A DNA stretch of 64,000 nt from Thermoproteota archaeon (GCA_020833005.1 JAJHRD010000002.1:70287-134286); one strand, 5' to 3'; counted from the first letter of the stretch, positions 1 to 10,374 are shown. Notes: generated by a model not told the origin, from the letters alone. Translations and numbers: made by a program.

Positions 1-234
1 CTAAGCCAAAACTTAAAGGAGAAAATAGAGGAATGGATAGAAGACCCTGAAACCTTAAAAATGGAAATAATATCCAGCGAAGACACCTTGCAAAGCGAGA
101 TAAGTCAAAGAATCGTAGATGTGATAAGTGAAGAAATGTTTGCGGAAATAGTATTCACATCATCAATAACAGGCGAGGGGGGAGATGCACTCCTAGGAAG
201 AATAGAGAGAATACTGGGGAAAACGATAATAGAA
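1..234 (+). CDS. 3' end of a CDS running off the window start (...GEGGDALLGRIERILGKTIIE*). Possibly the C-terminus of acetyl-CoA synthetase (ADP-forming) alpha subunit, given the downstream ATP-grasp beta subunit.
   Basis: Open frame 1 from the window edge to TGA at 232-234. The next gene is an ACD beta-like ATP-grasp protein. Product assignment is an inference. Confidence 0.3.
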
Positions 235-295
235 TGAGCAAAGCGTTTTTAAATTAGAGAAATTAAATTGGAGTGAGGTATGTGGGGAAACATCC

Positions 296-988
296 ATGGA
301 TGCAGCGAAGATAATTGAAAACGCATTAAGGGAAGGGAGAAAGTATTTAATGGAACATGAAGCAAAAAGCATATGCCAACAATATGGAATGAGCGTAACT
401 AGATTCAAGGTGGCAAAAGACCTTAATGAAGCACTAAAATACGCTGAAGAAATAGGGTATCCAGTGGTCTTTAAAATAGTTTCACCAGATATAATACATA
501 AAAGTGATGTGGGAGGGGTAATAGTAAACATAAAGAATGAAGAAGAAGCAAAAAATGCATATAAAAAGATCATGGAGAATGTGGCAAAAAACAAGCCAAA
601 TGCAAAAATAATAGGCATACTTGTACAGGAAATGGCCCCAGCAGGATTAGAGGTAATAGTGGGTGCAATAAAAGACCCACAATTTGGACATACAATAATG
701 TTTGGACTTGGTGGAATATTTGTTGAAATATTGAAAGATGTAACCTTCAGAATAGCCCCACTAACCATGGAAGACGCCATGGAAATGATAAGAGAAATTA
801 AGGGATACCCACTACTAAAGGGTTATAGAGGACAACCTCCAGCCGATGAAAATGCAATAATAGATACAATAATGAAAACATCAAAACTACTAACAGACCT
901 CCCACAAATAAGCCAATTAGACCTAAACCCAATATTCGTATACGAGAAAGGGGCAAAAATAGTGGATGCGAGGATAATACTAGAATGA
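296..988 (+). CDS. Acetyl-CoA synthetase (ADP-forming) beta-subunit-like ATP-grasp protein
   Basis: 230 aa. ATP-grasp signatures (KIVSPDIIHKSDVGGV, EVIVGAIKDPQFG) are typical of ACD beta / acyl-CoA synthetase (NDP-forming) beta domains. Overlaps the next gene by 4 nt (ATGA). Confidence 0.65.
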   Translation: MDAAKIIENALREGRKYLMEHEAKSICQQYGMSVTRFKVAKDLNEALKYAEEIGYPVVFKIVSPDIIHKSDVGGVIVNIKNEEEAKNAYKKIMENVAKNKPNAKIIGILVQEMAPAGLEVIVGAIKDPQFGHTIMFGLGGIFVEILKDVTFRIAPLTMEDAMEMIREIKGYPLLKGYRGQPPADENAIIDTIMKTSKLLTDLPQISQLDLNPIFVYEKGAKIVDARIILE

Positions 989-1860
989 CCAACGAAGAAG
1001 ACATACTAAATGAAATAAGCAAACTAAGAGAAACATATAAGCAGTTAGAAGAGGAAAGAGGAAAACTATTAGAGGAGAAAAGGAGAAGAAAAGAGGAAAT
1101 AGATGGCCTAAACGAAAAGATAAGCGAAGAATACAAAGCAATTGAAGAGATTAATCAAAAAATATCAGAAAAAATAGAAAACAAGAAGAAACTAATACAA
1201 TTGTTAAAGGAGAAGAGCAAAGAAATAATGGATTTACGTAAAAAAAGAGAAGAAATAGTCAAACAAATTAGAGAAAACAGCTTGAAAACAAATAAAGACG
1301 AAATGGAGGTAAAAAGGGAAATAGAGGAATTAGAATGGAGACAACAAACAACAATAATGTCAAAAGAGGAGGAGGAAAGGATAATAAAAAGAATTGCAGA
1401 GCTAAGTAGACTATTAAAAAACATTGAAAAAACTAAGAAGGCAAAGGACGAATACACTGAAATTAAGAGGAAGATAAACGAAAAAGTAATGGAAAGGGAG
1501 GATATTAAAAGAAAGGTGGATGAGATAAGTAAAGAGATAAACGAAATAATAAAGGAGAAGGAGGAAAGGAGAAAGGAAATTGACAAGTTAAAGGAGGAAA
1601 AGCAAAGGAAAACAAATGAATTGAATGAAGTGGATAACCGCATAAAAGACGTATTAAAGGAAGAGGAAAGGATAAGAGAGAGAATTGTGGAATTGCAAGC
1701 AGAAATGAGTAAGATAAAATTCATTAAAAGAAGAGAGGAGGAGATGAAGATAAAGGAGGATCTGGCTAGAAGGGCCCGTGAAAAGATTAAGAGGAAGGAG
1801 AAACTGAGTTTCGAAGAATTCCAAGCATTAATGGAAATGGATGAAAATCATCAACTATAA
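985..1860 (+). CDS. K/E-rich coiled-coil protein (archaeal COG1340-like)
   Basis: 291 aa, almost entirely heptad-like charged repeats (EE..R..L..EK). Strong purine-rich codon periodicity, and the antisense ORFs are poor. Confidence 0.55.
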   Translation: MTNEEDILNEISKLRETYKQLEEERGKLLEEKRRRKEEIDGLNEKISEEYKAIEEINQKISEKIENKKKLIQLLKEKSKEIMDLRKKREEIVKQIRENSLKTNKDEMEVKREIEELEWRQQTTIMSKEEEERIIKRIAELSRLLKNIEKTKKAKDEYTEIKRKINEKVMEREDIKRKVDEISKEINEIIKEKEERRKEIDKLKEEKQRKTNELNEVDNRIKDVLKEEERIRERIVELQAEMSKIKFIKRREEEMKIKEDLARRAREKIKRKEKLSFEEFQALMEMDENHQL

Positions 1861-1894
1861 GTATAACCAAAAAATACTATTTTATGGTATTTGA

Positions 1895-2992
1895 ATGAAA
1901 GAAAACGCTGAGAAATTACTCATAATATGTGTAGATAAAGATAATGATGTGGGGAAGGCTACTGGATTCAAAACACCCATAATAGGGAGAGAGAAAAATA
2001 TTGAAGCTGCCGTGAAATTTGCAATAACATCCCCAGAAGACTCCGATGTGAATGCAATATTCGCAGCTATAAAGGTTTATGATGAATTGAAACGCAACAA
2101 TATGGAATGTGAAATTGCAACCATTGCAGGTGAAGCAGAAGGGGGATTAAAATCAGATATAAAGATAAGGGATGAACTAAATGAAGTTTTAAAATCATAT
2201 CAAGCCACCGGAGCAATATTTGTAAGTGACGGGGCGGCAGATGAACTAATAATACCAATAATACAATCAAGAATACCAATAGTATCAGTTAAAAGAATAA
2301 TAGTACAACAAGAGAGAGGGGTTGAAGAATCATACATACTATTTGCAAGATACCTAAGAAAGATCGTTGAAGAATCACAATACGCAAGAATATTCCTAGG
2401 AATACCTGGATTATTATTCCTATCAATGGCAATACTGATAGTCACAGGATACTCCCAGTATGCGGGTATGGGGGCATTATTCATTGTTGGCATAACATTC
2501 ATAATACGTGGATTCTCCATAGATACGCATGTAATTGGATGGCTAAAGTCCTCCCCAGTAATATTCTTCTCAAGCCTCATGGGGGTAATAACAATACTAA
2601 TATCAATGTATATGGGCGTGGGGAAAGTATTATCCGAAGTTGCTGTAAACCCAAATTTAATGGGTAATATAGCTGGGATGGCTGGAACATTCATAGACGT
2701 ATCAAGCGACATAATCCTAATAGGCTTCTCCATAATAGTTGGAGGTAGAATTATTGAGAAAGTATTGAGGAAGAGTAGTAAAGTTTGGCATGACATAGTT
2801 AGTTTAACATTCATAATAACTGTAAGGCCACTATTAAAGGGGGTTGCAGAAACACTAATAAAGCAAGAATACTCCATTCAAGCCATTCTAACACCACTAA
2901 TAATACCAACGGTCACCACAATAACCCTAATAATACTCTTCACATTAATAGAGGGGGTAATCTCAAAGAGAGGGGGGAGGGGAGGGAAATGA
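1895..2992 (+). CDS. DUF373-family archaeal membrane protein
   Basis: 365 aa. Soluble N-terminal domain (LIICVDKDNDVGKATG) followed by multiple hydrophobic helices. This architecture is typical of archaeal DUF373. Confidence 0.55.
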   Translation: MKENAEKLLIICVDKDNDVGKATGFKTPIIGREKNIEAAVKFAITSPEDSDVNAIFAAIKVYDELKRNNMECEIATIAGEAEGGLKSDIKIRDELNEVLKSYQATGAIFVSDGAADELIIPIIQSRIPIVSVKRIIVQQERGVEESYILFARYLRKIVEESQYARIFLGIPGLLFLSMAILIVTGYSQYAGMGALFIVGITFIIRGFSIDTHVIGWLKSSPVIFFSSLMGVITILISMYMGVGKVLSEVAVNPNLMGNIAGMAGTFIDVSSDIILIGFSIIVGGRIIEKVLRKSSKVWHDIVSLTFIITVRPLLKGVAETLIKQEYSIQAILTPLIIPTVTTITLIILFTLIEGVISKRGGRGGK

Positions 2993-3738
2993 AGATTAGA
3001 ATTGGAATCATTGGAGGATCTGGACTTGAAAATGCAATAGAGGGAGAAAGAGTATTGGTGAATACACCATATGGTGATGTACTTGTCAAAGTAGGTGTTA
3101 TGGTAAATGAGAAAGTTGCATTTATACCTAGACATGGAGAAAGACATGAAACCCCACCACACAAAGTGAACTATAGAGGAAACTTATGGGCATTGAAAAC
3201 TCTTGGGGTTGAAAGGGTGATAGCTACGAATGCCGTTGGAGGGATAAGGGATGGTCTAAACCCAGGAGACCTACTTATACCACATGACTTCATAGACTTC
3301 ACAAAGGGGAGAACATACACATTTTACGATCAAAAAGCAGTTCATGTAGATTTAACAACACCATACTGCCCAGAGATTAGAAGGATAATCATTGAAGTTG
3401 CTGAGGAAATGGGCATCAAAATTTGGGATGGTGGAGTATATGTATGTACGGAGGGACCTAGATTTGAAACCCCCTCTGAAATAAGGATGTTTAGACTTTT
3501 AGGAGCAGATGTGGTAGGTATGACTGGAGTCCCAGAGGTCATTCTGGCAAGAGAATTGAAAATGTGTTATGCAACAATATGCGTAATTACAAATTACGCT
3601 GCTGGAATGCAGAAGAGGATATCACATGAAGAGGTAAATGAAATTATGAGGGGAAAAACGAGGGTTATTGTTGAAATTATGAACAAAGTTGTCCAGAAAA
3701 TACCAGTTGAACGCAAAAATTGTATGTGTGGATTATAG
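2989..3738 (+). CDS. mtnP: 5'-methylthioadenosine / purine nucleoside phosphorylase
   Basis: 249 aa. IGIIGGSGL N-terminus, GVERVIATNAVGG, TEGPRFETPSEIRMFRLLGADVVGMTGVPE and a C-terminal Cys cluster typical of archaeal MTAP. Confidence 0.8.
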   Translation: MKIRIGIIGGSGLENAIEGERVLVNTPYGDVLVKVGVMVNEKVAFIPRHGERHETPPHKVNYRGNLWALKTLGVERVIATNAVGGIRDGLNPGDLLIPHDFIDFTKGRTYTFYDQKAVHVDLTTPYCPEIRRIIIEVAEEMGIKIWDGGVYVCTEGPRFETPSEIRMFRLLGADVVGMTGVPEVILARELKMCYATICVITNYAAGMQKRISHEEVNEIMRGKTRVIVEIMNKVVQKIPVERKNCMCGL

Positions 3739-3749
3739 GGGACTAATAT

Positions 3750-4838
3750 TTAGAAGAACACTCTCTCCAAGCTATTAAGAATCTCACATCCACCTTCACG
3801 CACCAAAGCCATCTCCTCAACCCTAACGCCACCAACCCCCTTAATGTATATCCCAGGCTCTATGGTAACGATGCTACCACTGGGTAGAGGTGAATTATTC
3901 CTGGAATTCAACCCAGGTTCTTCGTGAACTGCTAAACCAACACCATGACCGAGACTATGCGTGAAATATTTTCCATAACCATACTTCTCTATTACACGTC
4001 TAGCAGCAGCATCAACCTCAGCTCCAGTAACCCCTGCTGAAAGGACATCCACAGCAGCATCTATGGCTTCAAGCACAAGGGTGAACATCTTCTTCAAATC
4101 CTCATTTATGGAGCCTACTGTAATGGTTCTAGTTATATCTGAACAGTATCCACCATACTTAGCGCCAACATCTATAACCACCAATTCACCTTGACAAACC
4201 CTTTTCTGTGTTGTGGAAGCATGTGGAAAAGCTGAACGAACCCCAGAAGCCACTATACTATCAAAAGCATACCCCTCAGAACCAGCTCTCCTCATAGCAT
4301 ACTCAATTTCACCTGCAATCTCCACTTCACTCATCCCTTCATGTAAAACACTCAATAAATGTTTAATGCTCTTCTCAGATATGCTTAAAGCCTTTCTAAT
4401 CAAATCAATCTCCTCAGAATCCTTTACAGACCTAATCTGCAATATGGATGTTGAGAAATCCATGAATTCAGATACATTCAATTTCTTAGCCAATGTGGAA
4501 TACATATCAATATTCATGTACTGGCGTTCCACCGCAATATTCCCACTTACATGAAGCTCCGTCAACTTAGAATTAATAACATCAGATAAACTCATATCTG
4601 CCTTTAGGGGGATTACTACACCATGCTTAAATGTCTCTGTAGCTTCATCAAACTCCAGCTCCGAAACTAACAATATAGGGTCAGCATCTATGGGAACTAT
4701 TAGGCTCCTACCCCTAGGGAATCCCGTCAAGTAATATATGTTCAATGAATTAAATAGTATTGCAGCTTTAGCCCCCCTCTTTTCAATCTCTCCACGTACC
4801 ATCGCTAAACGTTTCCTAAACGTTTGAATTGATGGCAA
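3750..4838 (-). CDS. pepQ: Xaa-Pro dipeptidase / aminopeptidase P (M24B)
   Basis: 362 aa. M24 metal ligand motifs (HSLGHGVGLAVHE, TIEPGIY) and an N-terminal creatinase-like domain. Confidence 0.8.
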   Translation of the reverse strand: MPSIQTFRKRLAMVRGEIEKRGAKAAILFNSLNIYYLTGFPRGRSLIVPIDADPILLVSELEFDEATETFKHGVVIPLKADMSLSDVINSKLTELHVSGNIAVERQYMNIDMYSTLAKKLNVSEFMDFSTSILQIRSVKDSEEIDLIRKALSISEKSIKHLLSVLHEGMSEVEIAGEIEYAMRRAGSEGYAFDSIVASGVRSAFPHASTTQKRVCQGELVVIDVGAKYGGYCSDITRTITVGSINEDLKKMFTLVLEAIDAAVDVLSAGVTGAEVDAAARRVIEKYGYGKYFTHSLGHGVGLAVHEEPGLNSRNNSPLPSGSIVTIEPGIYIKGVGGVRVEEMALVREGGCEILNSLERVFF

Positions 4839-4911
4839 AATGACACCAAAAATATAATTGAGGAAACTTAAAATTTAAATACATTGTTTTGGGATTTATC
4901 ATCCACCCATA

Positions 4912-5937
4912 TTAACAGATTCTGGGGAGCTGCGACCCAATTGGTGGCGGAACAACTCTACTCCCACCAATTACGGTTTCCATAACAACATACCCCTTAG
5001 GGCTACTCCTAACTTCACCAATTATGCTTGCAGATTCACACCCTTTAAATCTCCTTATCCTATTTAGGATGTCATCTGCATATGCTGGATCCACACTTAA
5101 AACAGCTCTACCCTCACAGGCTAAGTATAGGGGGTCTAAACCCATCATCTCACATACGGCTTTAACCTCAGATCTAATTGGTATCTTGGATTCATCGATC
5201 CATATACCAACATTACATTTACTTGCCCAAACATTTAAAGCCTCAGCTAAACCCCCCCTCGTGGGATCTTTAGCGGCATGAACACCTCCAACTTCAAGTG
5301 CAGCTTCCATCACATTATATATTGCAGCAACATCAGATTTGATTTCCCCAATAAATGATAACCCTTCCCTAACAGACATTAAGGCAATTTCATGTTCACC
5401 AATACTACCAGTAACAATTATCTTATCCCCACACTTAACGCCACGATCAGTTATAATTTTACCCCTTGGCACTATTCCAATTCCACTCATTCCAATAACT
5501 ATTTTATCCAACTTACCCTTAGGTATAACTTTAAAATCTCCCCCCACAATGGCAACATTATTTTCCTCAGCCGTCTTAATCATCGAGTTAACAATTAGTT
5601 CAAGATCCTTCATTGGAAACCCCTCTTCAACAATTATATTATCCATTATGGCAAGGGGCTTAGCACCCATAACAGCAAGATCGTTAATTGTACCACATAC
5701 AGCTAAAACACCAATATCCCCACCTGGGAAGAATATTGGATCAACAGTGTAACCATCTGATGTCATAACCAGTTCAAAATCACCTATGGGGATTGATGCA
5801 CCATCATCAAAATCCCTCAACCCCACACCCCCAAAAACATTATGAAGCTTAACTCTATTAACAAAAAGCTTATCAATGAGCTTATCAGTCAGTTGCCCAC
5901 CACTACCATGGAAAAGCTTTACAAACTCATCAGACAT
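4912..5937 (-). CDS. hypE: Hydrogenase maturation factor HypE (carbamoyl dehydratase)
   Basis: AIR-synthase-related fold (GDIGVLAVCGTINDLAVMGAKP, VAIVGGDFKV) and the diagnostic C-terminal PRIC motif. Start moved to the internal ATG (MSDEFVKLFHGSGG). The ORF-track N-terminal 19 aa look spurious. Confidence 0.75.
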   Translation of the reverse strand: MSDEFVKLFHGSGGQLTDKLIDKLFVNRVKLHNVFGGVGLRDFDDGASIPIGDFELVMTSDGYTVDPIFFPGGDIGVLAVCGTINDLAVMGAKPLAIMDNIIVEEGFPMKDLELIVNSMIKTAEENNVAIVGGDFKVIPKGKLDKIVIGMSGIGIVPRGKIITDRGVKCGDKIIVTGSIGEHEIALMSVREGLSFIGEIKSDVAAIYNVMEAALEVGGVHAAKDPTRGGLAEALNVWASKCNVGIWIDESKIPIRSEVKAVCEMMGLDPLYLACEGRAVLSVDPAYADDILNRIRRFKGCESASIIGEVRSSPKGYVVMETVIGGSRVVPPPIGSQLPRIC

Positions 5938-6010
5938 AATCGTGAACCAAAACATAATACTTAAAAGTATGAGATAAAAATATCGTGATGGCACAGTGAG
6001 GGTGAAATAA

Positions 6011-6409
6011 TTGAGCTACTACCAAGGGAATGACCTTAAAAAACCATCAGGAGGAAGAAAGAGGCCTTATAGGGAAAAGAGGAAATATGAATTGGGGAGA
6101 CCTCCCACAAACACCATTCTCAGCGAAAATGATGAGAGAGTGAAAATTAGAGTTCGTGGTGGAAACATAAAAGTGAGGGAGAAGAAGGCTGCCTACGCAA
6201 ATGTGGCAATAACTGATGAAAGTGGGAGAAAGGTGGTCAAGGTGAAGATTACACGAGTAAAGAGCAACCCAGCAAATCCAGAATACGCAAGAAGAGGGAT
6301 AATAACGAAAGGGGCAATTATAGAGACACCAATAGGAGAAGCAAAAGTTACCTCAAGACCAGGTCAACATGGAGTTATAAATGCAGTATTAATCAAAAAG
6401 ATAAGCTAA
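6011..6409 (+). CDS. rps8e: 30S ribosomal protein S8e
   Basis: 132 aa. Basic N-terminus ([19 protein letters not shown]) and KVRVRGGN, characteristic of S8e. Confidence 0.85.
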   Translation: MSYYQGNDLKKPSGGRKRPYREKRKYELGRPPTNTILSENDERVKIRVRGGNIKVREKKAAYANVAITDESGRKVVKVKITRVKSNPANPEYARRGIITKGAIIETPIGEAKVTSRPGQHGVINAVLIKKIS

Positions 6410-6495
6410 AAACAGTAATGAGTAATAAGGAAGACAAACATCCTATAATAGATAGCCTTCAAAATATAAATTTATGAGGAAATAATGAAATTAAG

Positions 6496-6873
6496 GTGAT
6501 AAACATTAATGGAGCTAATGCATATACAGGTAAGGAAACTGTGAAAAGAAGGAAGAGTATAATATGGCCAGCATACATAGATGCAACATTAACCAGAAAA
6601 TATGGGAGGAGGATTCCAAAGGACATGGCAGTACCAAACCCAACAATAGAGGAAATGGAGGCAGCAGCAAAGGAGCTGAAAATGAAGTACACCGTGGAAA
6701 AGGGTAAAAAATATCCAAAAACGTGGTTTAAGTCTGAAGGAAGAATAATAATAGAGGAAACGGGGAGGAAGACGGAGATTATTAAGAAATTGGCATTAAC
6801 AATAAGTAAAATGAGAATTGAAAAACAAAGAATTAAAGAATCTGAGAAAAGCAAAGGTAAAAAAGCGGATTAG
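6496..6873 (+). CDS. srp19: Signal recognition particle protein SRP19
   Basis: 125 aa. IWPAYIDATLTRKYGRRIPK is the SRP19 signature. Apparent GTG start. Confidence 0.8.
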   Translation: MININGANAYTGKETVKRRKSIIWPAYIDATLTRKYGRRIPKDMAVPNPTIEEMEAAAKELKMKYTVEKGKKYPKTWFKSEGRIIIEETGRKTEIIKKLALTISKMRIEKQRIKESEKSKGKKAD

Positions 6874-6962
6874 AATTAGTAAATGAAGCTTTTTGCTTAA
6901 AATCACAATAAACTTATAAGTTTATTCAACAGTAAGAATTATGTTGAAGTGGAGATGATCCC

Positions 6963-7190
6963 TTGACGCATGCAGGTAAAATCCTGCATAAAGTGAATGA
7001 AAGGCTAATTCTAGCGAGAGCAAAAAAAGCTCCAAAAACAGATTCAAAGGTATATGATGCTGATGGGAAAATCATTGGAAGCGTATACGAAGTATTTGGA
7101 CCAGTAAAAAACCCATACATCCTAATAAAGGTATCAAATGAAAAGTCAACCCCCAAAATAAAGGGGGATAAAGTATACTTCGAAGAGTAG
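6963..7190 (+). CDS. gar1: H/ACA ribonucleoprotein complex subunit Gar1
   Basis: 75 aa. [22 protein letters not shown] matches the Gar1 beta-barrel motif. Probable TTG start. Confidence 0.75.
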   Translation: MTHAGKILHKVNERLILARAKKAPKTDSKVYDADGKIIGSVYEVFGPVKNPYILIKVSNEKSTPKIKGDKVYFEE

Positions 7191-7201
7191 GAGGAAGATT
7201 A

Positions 7202-8125
7202 ATGGGGGAGCCGGATAAAACCGTAAAAATATGTCCAGAATGCGGGAGCACAAATCTAATTAGAGATGAAGAAAGAGCTGAAATAACATGTCTAAATTGT
7301 GGATTAGTAATAAGTGAAAGGATGATGGATCCAGGACCTGAATGGAGAGCATTCAATCCGGAGCAAAAGGAGAAGAGAACCCGTGTGGGGGCACCACTCA
7401 CATTAACAATACATGATAAAGGATTATCAACTATAATTGATTGGAGGGATAAAGACAGCTATGGTAAAGACCTAACACCAAAAAGGAGGGCACAAGTATA
7501 TAGATTGAGGAAATGGCAGAGGAGAATTAGAATATCAGATGCCACGGAAAGAAACCTCGCATTCGCATTACAAGAAATAGAGAGGATAACATCCCAACTT
7601 GGACTGCCAAAAAGCATACATGAAGAAGCTGCACTAATATATAGGAGAGCTGTGGAAGAAAAACTCGTTAGAGGTAGATCGGTGGAAAGCATGGCTGCAG
7701 CAGCCATATACGCTGCTTGCAGAAAATATGGTGTACCAAGAACTCTTGATGAAATAACGAAAGTCGCTAGGGTAAATAAGAAGGATATAGGGAGAAGCTA
7801 TAGATTCATGGCTAGAGAACTCATAAAGAAGGTAAACCCAACAAACCCCGTCGAATACATACCAAGACTTGCAACACAACTAGGACTTGTGGGGGACGTA
7901 CAAATACATGCAAAGAGAATAGTGGATATAGCGAAGAACAATGGATTAACATCAGGCAGAGGCCCCATAGGAGTTGCTGCAGCAGCAATATACATAGCAA
8001 GCGTGATATTAAATGAAAAGAAAACGCAAAGAGAAATAGCAAACGTAGCAGGAGTCACTGAAGTAACAATTAGGAATAGATATAAAGAATTGGCTGAGAA
8101 AATAGCCATAGACATACCACTTTAA
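7202..8125 (+). CDS. tfb: Transcription initiation factor IIB (TFB)
   Basis: 307 aa. N-terminal Zn ribbon (CPECGS...CLNCG) and two cyclin repeats ([17 protein letters not shown] / [16 protein letters not shown]). Confidence 0.9.
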   Translation: MGEPDKTVKICPECGSTNLIRDEERAEITCLNCGLVISERMMDPGPEWRAFNPEQKEKRTRVGAPLTLTIHDKGLSTIIDWRDKDSYGKDLTPKRRAQVYRLRKWQRRIRISDATERNLAFALQEIERITSQLGLPKSIHEEAALIYRRAVEEKLVRGRSVESMAAAAIYAACRKYGVPRTLDEITKVARVNKKDIGRSYRFMARELIKKVNPTNPVEYIPRLATQLGLVGDVQIHAKRIVDIAKNNGLTSGRGPIGVAAAAIYIASVILNEKKTQREIANVAGVTEVTIRNRYKELAEKIAIDIPL

Positions 8126-8217
8126 ACCACGAAACACAATTCATTTACAATTTAAAATATAAATTAGTTTGAATTATCATAATATTAACTGAAAATTATT
8201 GGAGTAGATGATATAAA

Positions 8218-8619
8218 ATGCCTAAAGCAGTAAAACTCAGCGAACTGGAGAAGAAGGCCATAGAAATAATCATTAAGAGAGGGGAAAATGGGATAATGCA
8301 AAGCGAATTATGGAAAATCCTTGGAACAGATAGTAGAGAGGGGTCGAGAATAGCTATCAGACTGGAAAAGAAGGGATTTGTGACTAGAGAACCAATAATA
8401 CATGAAGGAAAACATACATATATACTTAAAATCGTTAAAAAGGAGCCTAAGAAGATATCAATATCAAGTGTAAAAGGGATACCATGCTTCACATGCCCAA
8501 TAATAACGAAGTGCGGTCAAGGAGGCGAAGTAAATCCAATTACATGTCAAAAAATGACGGATTGGATTATAAGTCAGGTGGAGGGAATGGAGGAAATTGA
8601 AGGGGGGACACCACAATAG
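8218..8619 (+). CDS. Winged-helix DNA-binding protein with C-terminal Cys-rich motif
   Basis: 133 aa. wHTH-like core (IMQSELWKILGTDSREGSRIAIRLEKKGFV) plus CFTCPIITKCGQGG...C. Its stop codon abuts the rlmE start. Confidence 0.5.
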   Translation: MPKAVKLSELEKKAIEIIIKRGENGIMQSELWKILGTDSREGSRIAIRLEKKGFVTREPIIHEGKHTYILKIVKKEPKKISISSVKGIPCFTCPIITKCGQGGEVNPITCQKMTDWIISQVEGMEEIEGGTPQ

Positions 8620-8620
8620 A

Positions 8621-9220
8621 ATGGATTACTACTATCGAAAAGCAAAAGCCGAAGGTTATAGATCTAGGGCAGCATACAAATTGAAGGAGATAAATGAGAA
8701 ATATAATGTCATTAGGAGAGGAAACATAGTTGTAGACTTGGGAGCTGCACCTGGAGGATGGATACAAGTTTCAAGAGAAATTGTAGGGGATGATGGGCTA
8801 GTGATAGGTGTAGATATAAATGAAATAGAGAAGTTCCCATGGAGTAATGTCATAACAATACAAGCAGACATAACAGATGAAAAGATAGTGGAGATTATAA
8901 GGAGCGTAATCCCTAATGGGCGCATGGTAGACGTGGTACTATCAGATGCAGCCCCAAAAATTTCTGGAATATGGGATACTGATCATGCAAGACAAATATT
9001 CATAGCAGAAAATGCATTAAAAATAGCTAAAGAATTACTGAAACCAGATGGAAGATGTGTAATAAAGGTTTTTCAAGGCCCTCTATTAAACGATTTCATA
9101 AATAAAGTTAAAGGAGAATTCGTAGAGGTTAAAATATTCAAGCCAAGCGCTTCGAGGAAGGAGAGTTCAGAAGTATATGTGATAGCTAAGAGGAGGAAGA
9201 TTTCACTAAGTCAAAAATGA
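8621..9220 (+). CDS. rlmE: 23S rRNA (uridine-2'-O)-methyltransferase RlmE/FtsJ
   Basis: RSRAAYKLKEI, VVDLGAAPGGW and VLSDAAPK are FtsJ motifs. The start is taken at the ATG immediately after the upstream stop; the ORF-track start overlaps the upstream gene. Confidence 0.8.
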   Translation: MDYYYRKAKAEGYRSRAAYKLKEINEKYNVIRRGNIVVDLGAAPGGWIQVSREIVGDDGLVIGVDINEIEKFPWSNVITIQADITDEKIVEIIRSVIPNGRMVDVVLSDAAPKISGIWDTDHARQIFIAENALKIAKELLKPDGRCVIKVFQGPLLNDFINKVKGEFVEVKIFKPSASRKESSEVYVIAKRRKISLSQK

Positions 9221-10373
9221 TCTTTGAAGGAGCATTCGTCCTAATCCCCTTAGCATGGAAGTGGGTTCTAGAAGCGAAGAAACCCATGGATTTAAGTTCT
9301 TCTAAAATATCATCGACACTTGGGGAAGAGGTTTTAAGGATTTTTGAAATTTCATCCAAAACATAGAATGTTGGAGGCCCCCTACATTCATCAAGTATAA
9401 TGTCCAAGAAACGGGTTAAATCGGGGGTGCTAGCATGCTTCCTTAACTCCACTATGAATTCTGGATTGAAGAGTGGGCCTACCCAAAGGGGGCCTGAGAA
9501 GTGGAGTTTGGAATTACAATTTGGACATTCACGTACATCAGGGGGCAGTATGCCATTCACAACAAATCTATGGAGACACTTATCGCAAAAGGATATGTAG
9601 CCAAGTTTCGACATAGACTCATTCGCGAGATCTACACTAAAATTGAAGCGTGCAAATATCCTTATGTAATGCGCCCTAGAATAGCAGAGTAATGGGGTGC
9701 ATGAGAAATCATATGTGGAAACATTTCTCGAAATGTATCCAAGCAATATTCTAACAGCAATCTCCTGTGAGAAACTGGATTCAATGGGTATGGATCCATA
9801 CCTCCTCAAACATGTGGTGGGATATTTGCCAAACAATACTGGAACATCAGTGGCAGTGATGCACATAAGCCCACCATCCTTTAATGAGGCTATGGCAGGC
9901 TGAATAAACTTCGATGGAGAGCCGAAGGGGTCTATATCAATCACATGGAATCTCCTATTAAAACTGCTATTCATGAAAAACATCCTTCTCGCATCTAAAC
10001 AGGATACTATCACAGATGGTTTAATCGAGTTAAGGAGTATATTTTTATGAATTAATTCAACAGCCAATGGATTCCAATCATTAAACCACACCAGATCAAC
10101 CCCATCCACTTCAAGACCATATCTTATACCACGAACACCAGTACCTGAGAAAGCATCACAAATCCTAAGATTCTCAGAGACGAAACTTCTAAATTGATTC
10201 ACAACTAATACTGATAAACTTCTATCAAAAGCCATCCTTGGATTGTAAAATACTGGGGCATGTGATGGCTCATCATCGCCAACGTAATGGCCATAATAAT
10301 CCATGTCTGGAACATAAAGTTTAGCTTTCCCCTCACATATCACCTTAAGCTTCAGATCATCAGGTAAAGTCAA
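9186..10373 (-). CDS. trm1: tRNA (guanine26-N2)-dimethyltransferase Trm1
   Basis: EGKAKLYVP N-terminus, the Trm1 Rossmann region and the C-terminal Zn-binding segment (CDKCLHRF...CPNCNS). Start proposed at TTG 10373, directly abutting the upstream gene stop (10375). The ORF-track start at 10433 would overlap it by 58 nt. Confidence 0.8.
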   Translation of the reverse strand: MTLPDDLKLKVICEGKAKLYVPDMDYYGHYVGDDEPSHAPVFYNPRMAFDRSLSVLVVNQFRSFVSENLRICDAFSGTGVRGIRYGLEVDGVDLVWFNDWNPLAVELIHKNILLNSIKPSVIVSCLDARRMFFMNSSFNRRFHVIDIDPFGSPSKFIQPAIASLKDGGLMCITATDVPVLFGKYPTTCLRRYGSIPIESSFSQEIAVRILLGYISRNVSTYDFSCTPLLCYSRAHYIRIFARFNFSVDLANESMSKLGYISFCDKCLHRFVVNGILPPDVRECPNCNSKLHFSGPLWVGPLFNPEFIVELRKHASTPDLTRFLDIILDECRGPPTFYVLDEISKILKTSSPSVDDILEELKSMGFFASRTHFHAKGIRTNAPSKIIFDLVKSSSS

Positions 10374-10374
10374 T

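Noticed and set aside
193-780. 195-aa minus-strand ORF, and many similar long antisense ORFs (for example 1155-1724, 2200-2877, 14428-14790, 16269-16679, 24762-25283, 28782-29312, 33004-33579, 40717-41193)
   Set aside because: Each lies antisense to a gene with clear, motif-supported homology (ACD-beta-like, coiled-coil, DUF373, pyrD, nikR-like, ftsY, P0, DUF434, rpoA''). Their translations are low-complexity (S/I/F/L-rich) with no recognisable motifs. They are shadow ORFs of an AT-rich genome.
985-1860. Highly repetitive K/E-rich region considered as a tandem DNA repeat
   Set aside because: The periodicity is at the protein (heptad) level with degenerate codons, not an exact nucleotide tandem repeat. 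It is the coding sequence of a coiled-coil protein.
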